Assembly: GCA_965235115.1 (NCBI GenBank)
Contig: OZ249436.1
Span: 25,856,001-25,920,000 of the forward strand
Reading direction: 5' to 3'
DNA from: Laetmonice hystrix
Lineage: Eukaryota
Length of the DNA: 64,000 nt
Positions 61,759 to 64,000 of the stretch are shown here, piece after piece. The notes under the pieces are model-generated. The model saw nothing but the letters and a program-made list of their open reading frames with translations. It was not told the DNA's origin and searched no databases. The position numbers and the translations under genes are program-made. Within the stretch, counting starts at the first letter, position 1; the number at the start of each line of letters is the position of its first letter.

Positions 61759-62843
61759 CTGGATCCCAGTCCTCATGACAATATCAAGGTCCAGTAGTGA
61801 TATGCAGGGACACTGGACCAAAGTTGTATAAATAGGGAGAAGAAATAAAGCTTGTCAGACTCGACTTCACCATCACCTCGGTCTCATCGTTCTCCTTCGA
61901 AGCTACAGCACCGTTAGGATGCGGTTGGGGTCTTCGCCTTTTGGCTCGTGGTGAACCCAGGTAATTAGCCTACTTAGTATAATACATTCATTCGGCCCTT
62001 TAGGCACTAAGTAGGCATGAGTCCGAAATGCTCTTCTAAATTCTAAATTTATTAATCGTGTTTGTTAGTTGTCACTATAAACACAACTGGCTGGTGACCA
62101 GAAGTGAAACAAAATCGGGTCACAATTTTTACAGGCTGACAAATGACTTCTAACCGAAAGGTTACATCATTGAGCGGAGGACCGAAAGGTCAACGGTGGT
62201 GCACTGTGGTGCTCCGTGACCGCTGAACCGTTGTGCTACAGCTCGCTGATCGCTCAACCATGGTCATAATTTGGATGCAAAACGGTGCCATATGGCTACC
62301 CGTGGTATGTATGGCTACATACTGCATTGATTAAATTATGTAAAATGAAACGCAGCTCTTGTGCATAATATATTTTGTTAACGGAAATGGAATTGGGGGT
62401 GGGGGTGGGGGTGGGTGGAAAAAGGAATAAAATAATAAAGGAATACACTGACAGTCATAAAAAGAAGTGGATACTCTGGGCTTAAAAGAAAAGGTCCTGA
62501 GCAGGGGTTGGGGGCCCGGACTCCCTGCCCCCCGGTCCGCGCCTGTATTTTCTATCTAGCCTAAATTTGACAAAGCTGTAGCCCAAGGAACAGAGGTGGC
62601 GGAGCAAGTGTCAAACTGGGGGGAGGGGCACGATATTCAAAGGACAGTGTACTTCCTGTTCAAAAATTATAATGGTCGACCCCTTAGACAATTTGCCAAG
62701 AAAGGTCCAAAGTTGCTCCCTAAAATGATATAGAAAGGTCCCAAAATTCATAAAAAGGTTATTAGGACACCATAATTTTTTTCTTTATACCTTTTATTGT
62801 CCACTCATAATACAAAATCTGTATCCCAGGTTTATGTTTCCTA

Positions 62844-63420
62844 ATGGCCCAAGCTGCTGAAGAAATCCCCAGAAATAATATTATGGTCTACATATGTTCC
62901 AGGTGTAGTTACCAGGTCCGTCATTTAAATGACATACTCTGTCACTACAGTCTCACTCATGAATATGAACCGGGCTTTTCTGTTACATGTAGCATTGATG
63001 GGTGTCCAGTGCCGTTCAAAAGTATACGTTGTCTGAGACGGCACATTATAAATAAATAAACATCCCACACAAGGGTTGCAAACAGATATTGCAGACAATG
63101 ACCAAGACGAACATTTTGTAAATGATGAACATGTGGATGATGATAATAATGATAATAATGATCACCATCTTGATAAAGACACTAACAATCAGCAGGAATA
63201 TAACATAGAGGATGAAACTGTGCATCATTGCTACAACTTATATTGTACTTTGATGAATTCACAGTAGTCAATCAAAAAGGGTGTCATGCTGCCAGATATA
63301 AGTATGCTGGTGTGTACTTTACATTGGCAAATGTTGAAGAATCTCTAAGATCAAAGCTACACTGCATACAGTTAGCTATACTGGCCAAGGCTAGCTCAAT
63401 TAAACGCCATGGCCTGGCGT
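62844..63420 (+). pseudogene. Degenerate animal EnSpm/CACTA-type transposase with N-terminal C2H2 zinc fingers
   Basis: CSRC..HYSLTH and CSIDGC..RRHIINK*H; acidic linker; LQLILYFDEFTVVNQKG...KYAGVYFTLANVEESLRSKLHCIQLA resembles the first catalytic-D region of animal EnSpm transposases. Confidence 0.65.
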
Positions 63421-63539
63421 CACCCAGACAACACGTATACCTTGGCCCAACGTTGGCATTTGGTTGGCACTGTCGCCACCGTCGCAGTTGGAAAATATAC
63501 GTTGGCAGTTAGTCATCACTATTGCCATGCTGTCCGGTT

Positions 63540-64000
63540 GGAAGGAATTGAAAATTAAAAGAACTTACCTGAAGTGAAGTTTAATTGAGATTAGACGAGG
63601 GGAGTAAACACTAAGGTGGTGTACAGATGAGAGAGAGTTCTGCGCATGTGCCTGGCAGTCTTTAAAGGAAGTTTTTTTCAGGTACTTCCTCGGAGGCGAC
63701 TGCTACTCCATAAAGAGAACCAGAATTGAGTTTGAGGGGAGGGAGAGGTGGGCATCTGTACACCACCTTAGTGTTTACTCCCCTCGTCTAATCTCAATTA
63801 AACTTCACTTCAGGTAAGTTCTTTTAATTTTCAATTATACTTCAGTACGTAAACACCAGGTGGCGTACCAATGAGATTTTAAAGCTTAAGTAGCTGGAAA
63901 AACTAATGCCAACAAACAGGAAGCTCGGCTTTCAATCTTTTTAATACCATTTGTACTACAAGTACAAGGGACACCTAGTCCAGTTGCGATGTGTGTAACG
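63540..64000 (-). mobile_element. Probable terminus of a DIRS1-like tyrosine-recombinase retrotransposon (ITR plus internal complementary region)
   Basis: Perfect ~84-bp inverted repeat 63546-63629 / 63753-63836, followed by a degenerate third copy of GTAAACAC..AGGTGG.GTAC; no coding part inside the window. Confidence 0.55.

Overview
Eukaryotic, most likely invertebrate (inference), transposon-dense region with no recognisable host gene. The backbone from 1 to about 49.4 kb is a head-to-tail, partly nested array of non-autonomous Helentron/HINE (DINE-1-like) rolling-circle elements, all on the minus strand. Each has a palindromic sub-TIR end, an (ACT)n microsatellite, ~146-bp core repeats and a hairpin+CTAG end. 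Inserted into this backbone are: (1) an EnSpm-like element carrying an apparently intact DD82E (Sailor-type IS630-Tc1-mariner) transposon; (2) a full-length but disabled Nimb/I-group LINE with RNase H and a 14-bp TSD, itself hit by three insertions; (3) a very young Ty3/gypsy provirus with 488-bp LTRs, a tRNA-Lys PBS, a -1 gag-pol slippery site and an intact errantivirus/baculovirus-F-like env; and (4) many MITEs. Beyond 49.4 kb lie a 176-bp satellite interrupted by a DNA element containing a truncated CR1/L2-type LINE, an inverted HINE copy, a tandem Harbinger-type MITE pair, a zinc-finger/EnSpm transposase relic and a probable DIRS terminus. All family assignments rest on motifs, termini and TSDs read by eye; no database search was run.
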